DNA from: Treponemataceae bacterium
GTDB lineage: Bacteria > Spirochaetota > Spirochaetia > Treponematales > Rectinemataceae
Reading direction: 5' to 3'
NCBI GenBank assembly: GCA_963677895.2
Contig: CAXXGJ010000006.1
Location: forward strand, 32,001-96,000
Length of the DNA: 64,000 bases
Made by a program: the position numbers and the translations under genes. Below, one piece after another: positions 30,975-41,202 of the stretch; position 1 is the stretch's first letter; each line of letters opens with the position of its first letter. The notes beneath the pieces were generated by a model that was given only the letters and a program-made list of their open reading frames with translations, was not told the origin of the DNA and ran no database searches.

Positions 30975-32429
30975 TTAGGTTATATTTTCTTTTATAAAAG
31001 CAATTAAATAAAACATCGTATCATTTTTTATAATAATATTAGCTAAAAGATACGTAAATACACCTATAATAATCTGTATACATAAAAGTAAAAAAGCATT
31101 AATTTCGAATGTACCAATAAAGCAAACCACTACGCACATTATAAGAGATGTTATGAGATTTGGCAATAAATCAAAAAACTGATGTTTTCCACTGTAACCT
31201 AGTAACTTTCTATTTGGGATTGAATTTACAATAATCGCAATAAATGTACACACAATAGATGAAAAAGCTAATTCTATTGGACTTTTACAAAAAGCCAAGA
31301 ACAACCCAATCGTTAAAAAATACAGGGACTTCTTAATTATTTCTATATACAGATACATATCACTTCGGCCCATTGCTTTTATTACTTCGCAATTACCAAT
31401 ATGTATCATATCAAACATAAATACAATACAAAAGATTCTAATATACGGAACTATCTGCATCCATTTTTCTGTTAGTATTACTTCCACAAAGTTATCTGCT
31501 ATCGCATAAAAACCAAGCATAAACGGGAATGCAATAAATGATACGACTCTTATGAAGCGCCTTGTGTAATTCAATAGAGCTTTCTTATCATCTTGAAATT
31601 TTGAAAGCACTGGGAATAATACTGCCTGTAAAGTGTTTGTTGTTGCAGTAGATGCAAGTTTTGGAAAACTACGTCCTTTTGTATAAAAAGATAAATCTGC
31701 GTTAGTAAATTTTAATCCAATTATAATTGGATTAATTTCTGTATATATAGTTGCTATTACAGATGAAATAAGGATTTTCCAACCATAGCCAAAGAGAATC
31801 TTTAGCCTAACCAATGAAATTTTTAGCTTGACATGTATTCGTGTAGTAATAACTAGAATGAAAGTACCAACGACTGTATTTGTCATTTCTTGCGTTACAA
31901 GTGCCCATGCTCCATATCCTTTGATTGCCATCCATATTCCAACAACACCTGAAAGTATACTACCTCCCAATGTTGCAAAAAAAAACTTCTTAAATAACAG
32001 ATTCGATGAAATATAAGAATATACAATAGACTTAACAGCATATACAGGCAGTACTAGCCCCATAACTCTAATGATTGGTATAAGCATATCCTGGTCATAA
32101 AACTTCTCGATCATTGGTGCACACACATAAAAAATCCCATATACTGCTACAGATAGTAATACACTGATATACAGTAGTGTTGAATAATCGTCAATATCTG
32201 CATCTTTTTTTTGAATAATTGCTGTATTAAGTCCCCCTGAAATGATAACATTTGCAAAACCAAAAAAAATAGTAACTAAACTAACTACACTGTAATCATC
32301 TGGGCTAAGAATTCTAGCAATAATAATTGTAACAACTAATGTGATACCTTGAGCAATAAAGCGCTCCATAAATTTCCATATTATACTAAAAAAAGCTTTT
32401 TCCTTAATACTATCAACATCTTTTTTCAT
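30975..32429 (-). CDS. wzx: Wzx flippase (WzxC-like)
   Basis: ARILSPDDY, GLNTAIIQKK, VLFPVLSKFQDD; about 12-14 TM segments. Confidence 0.9.
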   Translation of the reverse strand: MKKDVDSIKEKAFFSIIWKFMERFIAQGITLVVTIIIARILSPDDYSVVSLVTIFFGFANVIISGGLNTAIIQKKDADIDDYSTLLYISVLLSVAVYGIFYVCAPMIEKFYDQDMLIPIIRVMGLVLPVYAVKSIVYSYISSNLLFKKFFFATLGGSILSGVVGIWMAIKGYGAWALVTQEMTNTVVGTFILVITTRIHVKLKISLVRLKILFGYGWKILISSVIATIYTEINPIIIGLKFTNADLSFYTKGRSFPKLASTATTNTLQAVLFPVLSKFQDDKKALLNYTRRFIRVVSFIAFPFMLGFYAIADNFVEVILTEKWMQIVPYIRIFCIVFMFDMIHIGNCEVIKAMGRSDMYLYIEIIKKSLYFLTIGLFLAFCKSPIELAFSSIVCTFIAIIVNSIPNRKLLGYSGKHQFFDLLPNLITSLIMCVVVCFIGTFEINAFLLLCIQIIIGVFTYLLANIIIKNDTMFYLIAFIKENIT

Positions 32430-32510
32430 AATGACTATTACCTTTTTATTTCCCTTTATTGCTGACTAGCGATTACTCAATCTATTGATCGAATAGAGAA
32501 TGCATCTAGC

Positions 32511-34154
32511 TAGGGGTTTCTTAAAAACCCTCTTTTCTATCTTTCAGGCAGCATTAGCTGCCCTTCAACCCAAAGAAAAGAGTTCCTAATCAGTTCGTTA
32601 ATAGCATTAATAAGCGACACAAAAAAGGCTTTCGCCTTTCTCCTCGCCAACACCATTAGGTTCATCACCAAGAACACCATCATAATCGATGTCTCGCTCG
32701 TTTCCTTAAGTCTTGTACCAATTCTATCGAGCGTATAACGTCGCTTCGCCTCTCCAAACTTCCCTTCTACCGCAATCCTCGTACTCTCATCTTCTCGCTC
32801 GATCCTTTTTTGTTCTCGTCTTCTTTCTCTATTATTATCGTTGTCTTTGAATGGCCTTCCCAGCTTCGGCCCCGATAATTGTATCCCATATTCATGACAG
32901 TACTGCAGATTCTCTCGCGTCCTATAGATCTTATCCGCACACACTACTTCCGGATATTTCCCATAGCGTTGCTTATATCTTTCAATTTGCCCTTTCAAAT
33001 CTTTGCATTCGTTATAGGCATCCCACGAGAGCCTATAGACCTGCGCCATCACATCCACAAGGCTCAAGGAGAGCTTTGCTCCAAACTCATACATCCCCCT
33101 GGCCTTCCCCTCTCGCTATTGGCCGTACCCAGGGTTTACTTATGCTTAAGATCCTTCCCTCTATTGACCAAGTATCGCTGCGGTACAATTGCTTCTGCTG
33201 CCGGACCAATTCTCCGATCACCCACAGATCCTGCCGCTGCTTCCGGGAAAGAACGCTTAAATCTACTTTATCCTTGTATTCATTGATCAACCGTAGATTC
33301 CGCTCAACATACTGGATCTACGTTTTTATCGCTTTTCTAATCGTGTTCACTCTCGGTTTTCGATTTCGTATGAAGGTCAGAAACTCTTTCCTTGCCTTCT
33401 TCCGATACGTCCTCGGCTTCTCCTAGCCTTCGGACATCTCTTTGTGGAGCGTATCGATGATCCTTTCTGTCTTCCTTCTCGCTTCATCCAGCAGCGTCAC
33501 ATCGTGGAGGAATCTTATGTCTTCGGGCGCACAGGTCGCATCAACAATCAACGTACCTTTATTCTCGCTTTCCTTTGCTTCCCCTTCTCCTGAACAATTC
33601 CCCTTATCGTCATCATTGTGGCTTTCGTCATCGGCTTTGCTTTTCTCTATGATCAGATCATTCACTTCTTTTAGGATATCCGCTGACAGCCTCTTTCTGA
33701 AATGCACCATCATGCTCGGATCGAAAGGTATTTCATATTTGTACCCTTCATATCCCAGGAAGTATTGCTAGTAGGGATTCTCTCGTATATCTTCTACCAG
33801 CTCTTCGTCAGATAGATTCTTCTTCCCTTTTATAATGAGAGCGCCTAACGCGACTTTTACCGGGATCGCCGGTCTACCATTATTGGCGACAAACAGTTTG
33901 GAATACTTTTCTTCAACATCTTTCCATGGTATTAGGCTTGCCAAGATTACCCATCGGTTATCTGCTTTCAGGCTGCCCCCGAACACCATGTCGAACTGGT
34001 CAAACTCAGGCGTATACTTTGGTATTCTGTACATCTCGCCTTCCAAGTGCACGACTTTTTCATGTTTCTCTTCAATTTCCGTGCACTTTTCTGGTCCATT
34101 ATACCATATATCCCTTTGCCTAATTTGACTTTATTACTTTTTCAGGAGCTCTCA
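32511..34154 (-). mobile_element. IS5-like element copy C with inactivated transposase
   Basis: Direct repeat of copy B at offset 4586, with the same ORF fragments and lesions. Confidence 0.9.
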
Positions 34155-34261
34155 CTCAGACTCTGTCGAGTCCTAAAATCACCAACTCACCAATAACTCA
34201 AAGCATTACTTTTTAAGGAAACAGCTGGATTATATTCTACTCTGCATGTTTAACTCAATAT

Positions 34262-35575
34262 TTATTTATCGAGTTCGAACTTTTGTTTATCGTGAACAGA
34301 AATATCTTTACCAAGTTGTACTTCAATCAATTTTAACTCGGTTTCTGCGATAATAGTATGTTTACATCCTGCACGCATAATAATAACATCGCCAACAAAG
34401 ACTTTCTGTTCCTTACCATCAATAATAGTATGTCCATTACCGCTGATTACAGTCCACACCTCATCCCTATTGCTATGGCTGTGATAATTCATTTTCTCCC
34501 CAGTACGGAGAGTAACTTTTACAGTCATACTATCTTGGCCTACATCCAAAACTCTATAACTCCCCCAACTTTTTTCTGCGAATCTTGCTGATGTAACAAA
34601 ATTGTCAACATATACCTTAATGTGTGAACTCTGCTCTTTATCAGCCACAAGAATTCCATCTGAACTTGCTGAAATAACAACGTCTTTAAGTCCCATAGCA
34701 AGAACAGGTATATCAAGATCATTTAAAATATGGACGTTCTGACACTTTTCATTCATTATACCATTGCCTATAATATTTTCTTCCATCGTTTCGGTAAGTG
34801 TATTCCAAGAACCTATATCTTTCCATTTACCTAAATAACGTATAACTTGAATTTTTTGGGCTTTTTCTACAACTTCATAATCAAAAGATGTCTTTATCAA
34901 ATTCGTATAGTTAGCATATAACTCAGAATAATCGTTGGTATTTAACAGTCTTAACGTAATATCAAGAACATACTTCAACTTATATGCAAATACGCCAGCA
35001 TTCCAAAGCCCTCCCTGCTTAATATATTGCTCTGCAGTCTTTTCATCTGGTTTTTCTTTAAACGATGACACTTCGCTTAAAAACTCACTTGTTTTAGGGA
35101 TAATATATCCATACTTTTCGCTTGGATAGATGGGTTGAATACCCATAAGTATTAAATCAGCTTCACCTTTTTTTGCTTGAGTTCCCAATTCTTGGATTAG
35201 TTCGAAATAACCATCTTCGACATAAGGGTCTACAGGGCAAACAACAACAACTTCATTCTTATCAATGCCTAAAACATCATGAAGATAAGCTGTAGCTAAT
35301 GCAATTGCCGGGAACGTATCTCTTCTGCATGGTTCGACTGATATCCCAACACTTGTGCCTAACTGGTTATGAATCGCAGACACTTGTGTTTTCGAGGTGG
35401 CAATTGTCACAGTTGCTTCAGGATCAATCTTTTTTATCTGCCCATAAACACGTTGTACCATCGACTCGTAGCCTTCATCAGTTTTGAATATTTTAATGAA
35501 CTGTTTAGATCTGATTTCATTTGATAGAGGCCAAAGTCTCTTTCCAGAACCTCCAGACAATAATATAATATTCAT
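34262..35575 (-). CDS. manC: Mannose-1-phosphate guanylyltransferase with C-terminal cupin (ManC-like)
   Basis: LSGGSGKRLWPLS...KQF, EPCRRDT, FKEKP, WKDIGSW, EKSWGSY...HSHSNRDEVW. Confidence 0.88.
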   Translation of the reverse strand: MNIILLSGGSGKRLWPLSNEIRSKQFIKIFKTDEGYESMVQRVYGQIKKIDPEATVTIATSKTQVSAIHNQLGTSVGISVEPCRRDTFPAIALATAYLHDVLGIDKNEVVVVCPVDPYVEDGYFELIQELGTQAKKGEADLILMGIQPIYPSEKYGYIIPKTSEFLSEVSSFKEKPDEKTAEQYIKQGGLWNAGVFAYKLKYVLDITLRLLNTNDYSELYANYTNLIKTSFDYEVVEKAQKIQVIRYLGKWKDIGSWNTLTETMEENIIGNGIMNEKCQNVHILNDLDIPVLAMGLKDVVISASSDGILVADKEQSSHIKVYVDNFVTSARFAEKSWGSYRVLDVGQDSMTVKVTLRTGEKMNYHSHSNRDEVWTVISGNGHTIIDGKEQKVFVGDVIIMRAGCKHTIIAETELKLIEVQLGKDISVHDKQKFELDK

Positions 35576-35603
35576 TTTAACCTTGTATATAGAATTTGCT
35601 AAA

Positions 35604-36692
35604 TTAAAATGCGTAAAAAGATCTTATCTTTTTACAAATATATTGAATCTGTTCATCTGTAATAGTTATGCTTGATGGCAACCACAATCCCTTATTCGAT
35701 ATCTCTTCCGTAACAGGGAAGTGTAAATCAGTATATCCGTAAGCTGGCTCTGCATGAAGTGGTGGATAAAAGATCCGAGAGCCAATACCATTATCTTTTA
35801 AATATGCTTGAAGTTCTTCTCTTCGTTCGCATAGAATATCATAAAACCAAGGAGAAGTATCCTCATATTTCGTTTTTATAAGTTCCACACCTGGGATGCC
35901 CATAAGAAGCTGATCGTAAAGTTTTCCCATTTCTTTCTTTCGAATAACACGAGCAGGTAGTTTCTTCATCTGTTCAATACCGATTACTGCTTGGAAGTCT
36001 GAAAACTTAAAGTTCCATCCTTTGGTGAGATAGTGATCAACACCTCCTGTAGCCCGACCGAAGTCACGAATTTTCTTAATCCTATCTGCAAGTTCATCAT
36101 CATCAGTAATTAGTGCACCTCCTTGTCCAGTTGTTATAATTTTAGGAGCGCTAAATGAAAAGCTACCAATCTCTCCAAATCTTCCTAAATGCTTTCCGTT
36201 ATAAAAACTACCTAGAGATTGAGCAGCGTCTTCAATAAGGTGGATATTGTTTTTTTTACAGAAATCAACAAATACTTGCACATCTTTTGGGTATCGGCCA
36301 TTTATAGAAACCAACATTACAGCTTTTGTCCTATCAGTAACAGCTGCCTTCATTTGGAAGAAATCCAAACAAAGAGTATCACGATCAATGTCAACGAAAA
36401 CAGCTTTTGCACCAATCAGTTCAGCCGAGTTCGGTGTTGCAACCATAGTGTAATCTGGACATATAACCTCATCACCGATGCCAATTCCTACAGCCATTAA
36501 TGCTGCAGATAGGCTAACTGTACCATTAGAAGTAATCCAGCAATGCTTGGCTCCTGTATAATCTTTAATCATATTCTCAAAATCACGAGTTTTAGAAAAT
36601 TCAGTTCCCCAGCCTCCTCTTTGCATATATTCGTTTAGTGCTTTTCTCTCATGTTCATCGAAACTTGGTTCCATCTGACTGATAAAATTCAT
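35604..36692 (-). CDS. DegT-family aminotransferase (perosamine-synthase-like)
   Basis: SNGTVSL, IEDAAQSLG, SFSAPKIITTGQGG, GWNFK; next to manC and gmd. Confidence 0.85.
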   Translation of the reverse strand: MNFISQMEPSFDEHERKALNEYMQRGGWGTEFSKTRDFENMIKDYTGAKHCWITSNGTVSLSAALMAVGIGIGDEVICPDYTMVATPNSAELIGAKAVFVDIDRDTLCLDFFQMKAAVTDRTKAVMLVSINGRYPKDVQVFVDFCKKNNIHLIEDAAQSLGSFYNGKHLGRFGEIGSFSFSAPKIITTGQGGALITDDDELADRIKKIRDFGRATGGVDHYLTKGWNFKFSDFQAVIGIEQMKKLPARVIRKKEMGKLYDQLLMGIPGVELIKTKYEDTSPWFYDILCERREELQAYLKDNGIGSRIFYPPLHAEPAYGYTDLHFPVTEEISNKGLWLPSSITITDEQIQYICKKIRSFYAF

Positions 36693-36724
36693 ATTTATGT
36701 CCTTATAATAATTTTATTGATTGA

Positions 36725-37126
36725 TCATATTCTATGACGGTCAATTTCTTCGCCAAAGTAAGGCCCGTTCTTAACCTCAAGAACCGATGTCCCTTCTTCA
36801 GTTATCTTATAACCATGCCCACATTCAAGTAGGATTAATATTTCTCCTTGCTTAACTGGTATGGTTTCAACGACCTTATCATCAAGCGTGTAGATTGTTG
36901 CATCTATTCCACCACTAATTATATAAAGTGTTTCACAGGTGCGGCTAATAGTTCTCTCTACAATATTATGGACATGAGCCTTAAGATCTTTACCTTTCTT
37001 ATAACTTCCCCAAACACCTACTTGAATGAACTCTCCATAACTAGAAAAAAAATTCAATCCTTCTTTAATATCACCGTGTGTTATATGCCTCGCAAGTACA
37101 ACGCTATCGATCTTTATTTCTTTCAT
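36725..37126 (-). CDS. Small cupin (WbuC-like)
   Basis: AHVHN...ETLYIISG...GHGY...LEVKNGPY cupin pattern. Confidence 0.75.
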   Translation of the reverse strand: MKEIKIDSVVLARHITHGDIKEGLNFFSSYGEFIQVGVWGSYKKGKDLKAHVHNIVERTISRTCETLYIISGGIDATIYTLDDKVVETIPVKQGEILILLECGHGYKITEEGTSVLEVKNGPYFGEEIDRHRI

Positions 37127-37497
37127 ATTTCAACCTCCTCCGAATAGATATCTTTTACACCATTCGTTTTTTCAACCGGGATATCATACATTGCTACAAG
37201 AATACAATCTTCAGGAAAGAACATACTATGAACAATAAAAGAATGTAATTCAAAAAATTTTCCTTTGCTAAAGACCACTGTTTCTTCCTTAAAGTCATCT
37301 TTTAAAGTTACCTCCACAGACCCACTAACAACAAAAAAAGCTTCACTCGACACCTTGTGATAATGTCCTCCTCGAACTACACCCTTACGAGTTTCAACAA
37401 CATTTATCTGCTGGTATCCTTTATGAACCAATTGTGTAAGTCTACCTCGATCGTCAGTATGTTCAAAATCAACTTTTTTGACTTCATATAAAGCCAT
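37123..37497 (-). CDS. Small cupin (WxcM/FdtA-like isomerase fold)
   Basis: Start re-placed at ATG 37497 (MALYEV); DDRGRL, RGGHYHK, EAFFVVSG. Confidence 0.75.
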   Translation of the reverse strand: MALYEVKKVDFEHTDDRGRLTQLVHKGYQQINVVETRKGVVRGGHYHKVSSEAFFVVSGSVEVTLKDDFKEETVVFSKGKFFELHSFIVHSMFFPEDCILVAMYDIPVEKTNGVKDIYSEEVEI

Positions 37498-37498
37498 A

Positions 37499-37999
37499 TT
37501 AAGTATCCCTCTCTGAGATAATTGTTGCATCGTCAGGCCACTTAATTTTAAACCTTTCATCATTCCACTTATATGTAAACTGTCTGTATTCACCATAATA
37601 AGTAGATTGTTTATAGGTGTAAACCGCCACGTCTGATAAGACAAAATACCCGTTTCCATACATTGGTGGTATATAAAGCTGGTATTTATTTAAATCAGAA
37701 AGAATAAACGACTGCCATTTTCCAAAGTCTGTGGAAGATTCATCGCAATTTAAGATCACTGCATAAACACTTCCGGAGACACATTGAACAAGCTTATAGG
37801 TAACAGAATCACCATGCATACCTTTTAGGACGCCCTTTATTGATTTTGAAACATCATCTTGAATAAATTTTACAGCTAGTCCTGCATCTTGGTATTCTTT
37901 CTCATTATATGTTTCATAGAAGTTCCCACGACTATCCTCATGAGCAGACAATTTTATAAGGTATACACCCTCAAGATTTGTTTTTTCTACATTGATCAT
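37499..37999 (-). CDS. RmlC-family NDP-4-keto-6-deoxyhexose epimerase
   Basis: EDSRGNFYETY, FIQDDVSKSIKGVLKGMHGD, KLVQC, QLYIPP, IKWP. Confidence 0.85.
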   Translation of the reverse strand: MINVEKTNLEGVYLIKLSAHEDSRGNFYETYNEKEYQDAGLAVKFIQDDVSKSIKGVLKGMHGDSVTYKLVQCVSGSVYAVILNCDESSTDFGKWQSFILSDLNKYQLYIPPMYGNGYFVLSDVAVYTYKQSTYYGEYRQFTYKWNDERFKIKWPDDATIISERDT

Positions 38000-38008
38000 A
38001 TCTTATAC

Positions 38009-39067
38009 CTATGCTTTTTTAAGTGCTTTTTCTCTCTTGGCTAATTCTCTGTCATGAGTAGCCATGATACAAATTAGCTTTTCATATGACGTCTTTTGTG
38101 GATTCCAGCCGAGTACAGTCTTTGCCTTAAAGGGATCACCACAGAGGTTGTTCACATCAGTTGGACGGAACCACTGTGGATTAATGCAAACCAATAGCTT
38201 GCCTGTCTTTATATTGTAGCCCTTTTCATCAAGGCCTTTCCCCTCCCAGCGGATCTCGATACCATTTATTAAAAATGCCTTCTCTGTAAAGTCGCGGACA
38301 GTGTGTTGTACGCCTGTGGCAATAACGAAATCATCTGGTTTCTCCTGCTGCATAATTAGCCACATGCACTCGACATAGTCTTTTGCATAGCCCCAATCAC
38401 GTAGTGAGTCTATATTGCCAAGTTCTAAATGGTCTTGGATTCCTTCAGCAATACGACCTGTGGCTAGCGTAATCTTACGGGTAACAAAATTCTCGCCACG
38501 ACGCTCAGATTCATGGTTAAATAGAATACCATTGACACAGAACATGCCATAAGCATCTCGGTACTCCTTCATCATCCAGAAACCATACTGCTTCGCAATA
38601 GCGTAAGGGCTGTATGGATGGAATGGGGTGGTTTCCTTCTGTGGGATTTCTTCGACCTTGCCATAAAGTTCGGACGTAGACGCCTGATAGATCTTGCATT
38701 TCTTTTCAAGTCCTAATATACGTATCGCTTCTAAGATACGAAGCACACCAATAGCGTCAACATCGCCAGAATATTCCGGAACGTCAAAAGATACTTGGAC
38801 GTGGGACTGAGCAGCTAGATTGTAGATTTCATCTGGATTAACAATATTAATGATACGAATAAGTGATGTGGAATCTGTTAGGTCACCATCGTGGACTTTA
38901 ATCACATTTTTCTTTAGCAGGTGGTCAATTCGTAAGGTATTAGATATAGAAATACGACGGATAATCCCATGTACTTCGTATCCTTTATTAAATAAAAATT
39001 CAGCAAGATATGAACCATCCTGACCAGTAATTCCAGTAATCAATGCAATTTTTTTTCTCATATTCAT
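38009..39067 (-). CDS. gmd: GDP-mannose 4,6-dehydratase
   Basis: GITGQDGSYLAE, NLAAQSHV, QASTSELYG, SPYAIAK, LFNHESERRGENFVTRKI. Confidence 0.95.
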   Translation of the reverse strand: MNMRKKIALITGITGQDGSYLAEFLFNKGYEVHGIIRRISISNTLRIDHLLKKNVIKVHDGDLTDSTSLIRIINIVNPDEIYNLAAQSHVQVSFDVPEYSGDVDAIGVLRILEAIRILGLEKKCKIYQASTSELYGKVEEIPQKETTPFHPYSPYAIAKQYGFWMMKEYRDAYGMFCVNGILFNHESERRGENFVTRKITLATGRIAEGIQDHLELGNIDSLRDWGYAKDYVECMWLIMQQEKPDDFVIATGVQHTVRDFTEKAFLINGIEIRWEGKGLDEKGYNIKTGKLLVCINPQWFRPTDVNNLCGDPFKAKTVLGWNPQKTSYEKLICIMATHDRELAKREKALKKA

Positions 39068-39087
39068 TTATCCTTTCTTTTTTGCAT

Positions 39088-39927
39088 TTACCAACTAGTA
39101 GCAAATTTAAAGCCAACCATACTTAATACACGCTTGATATTCTTACGCATTTTTGTGGGAACGATTCGTGTAGCAAACTCATACAATTTTATTTTAATGC
39201 ACTCTCTTTTTGAAATAAAACCTCTTTTAGAATAGTTAATATCATTATAGCCATGTTTAATTAGGACTTTTGCTGACCAAGGAATCCATTTCCCCCATGT
39301 AGCCATATGAACATAATGCAAAAGATTACGTCTATCTGATACATAATTTATGTAATACTCATCTATACTATCAGCACTCTGTCTTGAAAAATCATTTTCT
39401 ATATCCCAGGCGGTTTTAGTACCATCTCCTAAGATTTTTAGGATTTCGTCTCTTTTCCATATAGATGTACCAATAGAAACAGCATAAGCTTTATTTTTTG
39501 GAATCATCTCAACATTTTTATTGTTCTTATACTGTGCATATTTTCGATTTTTTTGCTTAAAAGCCGGAATTCTATAATATTTTATATCATTTTCTTTTAT
39601 AAATTTTATCACCTCATCGATTTCTGAATTGTTTACTTTTTCATATATATAATAATCATCATTAGTTAGTAAAATATATTGACTTTTTGTCCTGCTTATA
39701 GCTTCAATTGCTCCTCTTGTCCAACTTGTATTTTTTCCGCATAGGACTATTTCAGCAATATCGCTATTTAGGTTACATTCTTCCTCAGCTATAAAAATAC
39801 GATATTTACAATTTGGCCAATTAATGCCTAAATAGTAAAGAAAAAACTGTGCAATATCTAAATATTTATCACAACTAACAACAACTATTGACATATCATT
39901 ATCTGGACTCATTCTATCTTCTCTCAT
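39088..39927 (-). CDS. Putative glycosyltransferase (GT-A-like)
   Basis: SIVVVSCDKY, LLTNDDY (DxD-like), TAWDIE; between wzy and gmd. Confidence 0.6.
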   Translation of the reverse strand: MREDRMSPDNDMSIVVVSCDKYLDIAQFFLYYLGINWPNCKYRIFIAEEECNLNSDIAEIVLCGKNTSWTRGAIEAISRTKSQYILLTNDDYYIYEKVNNSEIDEVIKFIKENDIKYYRIPAFKQKNRKYAQYKNNKNVEMIPKNKAYAVSIGTSIWKRDEILKILGDGTKTAWDIENDFSRQSADSIDEYYINYVSDRRNLLHYVHMATWGKWIPWSAKVLIKHGYNDINYSKRGFISKRECIKIKLYEFATRIVPTKMRKNIKRVLSMVGFKFATSW

Positions 39928-39938
39928 ATTGGTAATCC

Positions 39939-41198
39939 TTATAAAAAAAACCAAGATAACCAAAAGCTTTCAGTATAAATTGATAACGAAAAAGCTTCAA
40001 TTAAAACTAAGCATTTTAAAACAAATAACTTATTTTTCATCGGTTTATCTTTGCAATAAAATACTGATGAAAAAGACACAACAATTTGTATCATCACTCC
40101 AATTATTCCAGTATAAAATATCATATCTATCAATGTGTTGTGCGAATATTGAATAAAGATTGCTTGATTTAATAAAGCTTTTCTAGAAAATTCTGCCAAA
40201 CCAAAAAGCTTGTTGAACAAAGGTAATTTGTTGAATACTGCTAAATATGCTGCATTAAGGCCTACTCTCGCTGTAGTAGCTTTAGTAAAATCACCAACTT
40301 GAAAGTCAGTAATCATATTTTCTATCCTATATGTAATTGGTTTTCCAAATGGAGTCATTATAAAAGCTACGATGAAACTTACTATAAATATAAAAACCCA
40401 AATTTTTGTTTTTAGTGATAATGGTCCCCTTGGTAAATCTATACAATTTAACAGAACACAACCTAAAATACCTATTATCAAACAAATAATTGAGGTAATA
40501 CTTATTGTTGAGAATAAGAAAAGTACTAATACTGTTAATCCCAATAATTTTCGTTTTATAGTAATCGGGCTTGATAATAACAATAGAACAGCAATATTGA
40601 TACAAAAACCAGTCTGGTTTGCTCCTTGAATGCCAACAAAAGTAGTTACTCTGCCAAGTCCATCTATCCAGCGCTCATCAAACATTCCGTGGGCTACGCC
40701 AAAAAAACATGACACAATAGTAGATACAACATACGCTTTACACATTTCAGGCCATACTTTTTTATTTACATTGTCATCCAGAGGATCAAATATAAGAGTT
40801 ATTAGTAAAAACTCAAACATAAGGCCAAAACCTGCATAATTATTATTGAAAATTAAACAAACTAAAGCATATAACATATATAAAATTAATGGGAAAATAC
40901 GCCTTAGATGACCACTTTTGCTTGCAAATATTAGTATCAATAATATTAATTGTACAAGTGTTGTTAATGTTCCAATCCCAGGCAAATCAAGACCTCGTTC
41001 CCACGGTAGAAGAATAGCATAAAATGAGAAAGCTCTTTTTAATGGAATATTAATAAATAATAAAATAATAAGAAAAAAAACAATATAACTTAAAATTAGA
41101 TTAATATTTAGTAAGCATAATAGAAGCAAAATAAGAAAAAACCTTTTGTCAAAAAGTTTCTCTTTATTTTCTAAACTAACTATCATAATACTACTCAC
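39939..41198 (-). CDS. wzy: O-antigen/capsule polymerase Wzy
   Basis: Very hydrophobic multi-TM protein with ATTAR and YSHNTLIDM (Wzy_C-like HN motif). Confidence 0.78.
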   Translation of the reverse strand: MSSIMIVSLENKEKLFDKRFFLILLLLCLLNINLILSYIVFFLIILLFINIPLKRAFSFYAILLPWERGLDLPGIGTLTTLVQLILLILIFASKSGHLRRIFPLILYMLYALVCLIFNNNYAGFGLMFEFLLITLIFDPLDDNVNKKVWPEMCKAYVVSTIVSCFFGVAHGMFDERWIDGLGRVTTFVGIQGANQTGFCINIAVLLLLSSPITIKRKLLGLTVLVLFLFSTISITSIICLIIGILGCVLLNCIDLPRGPLSLKTKIWVFIFIVSFIVAFIMTPFGKPITYRIENMITDFQVGDFTKATTARVGLNAAYLAVFNKLPLFNKLFGLAEFSRKALLNQAIFIQYSHNTLIDMIFYTGIIGVMIQIVVSFSSVFYCKDKPMKNKLFVLKCLVLIEAFSLSIYTESFWLSWFFL

Positions 41199-41202
41199 TT
41201 TT

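Noticed and set aside
27925..34154. IS5 composite transposon importing wzx and wchX
   Set aside because: The enclosed genes are in the expected order with gtp2/gtp3 outside, so independent insertions are more likely.
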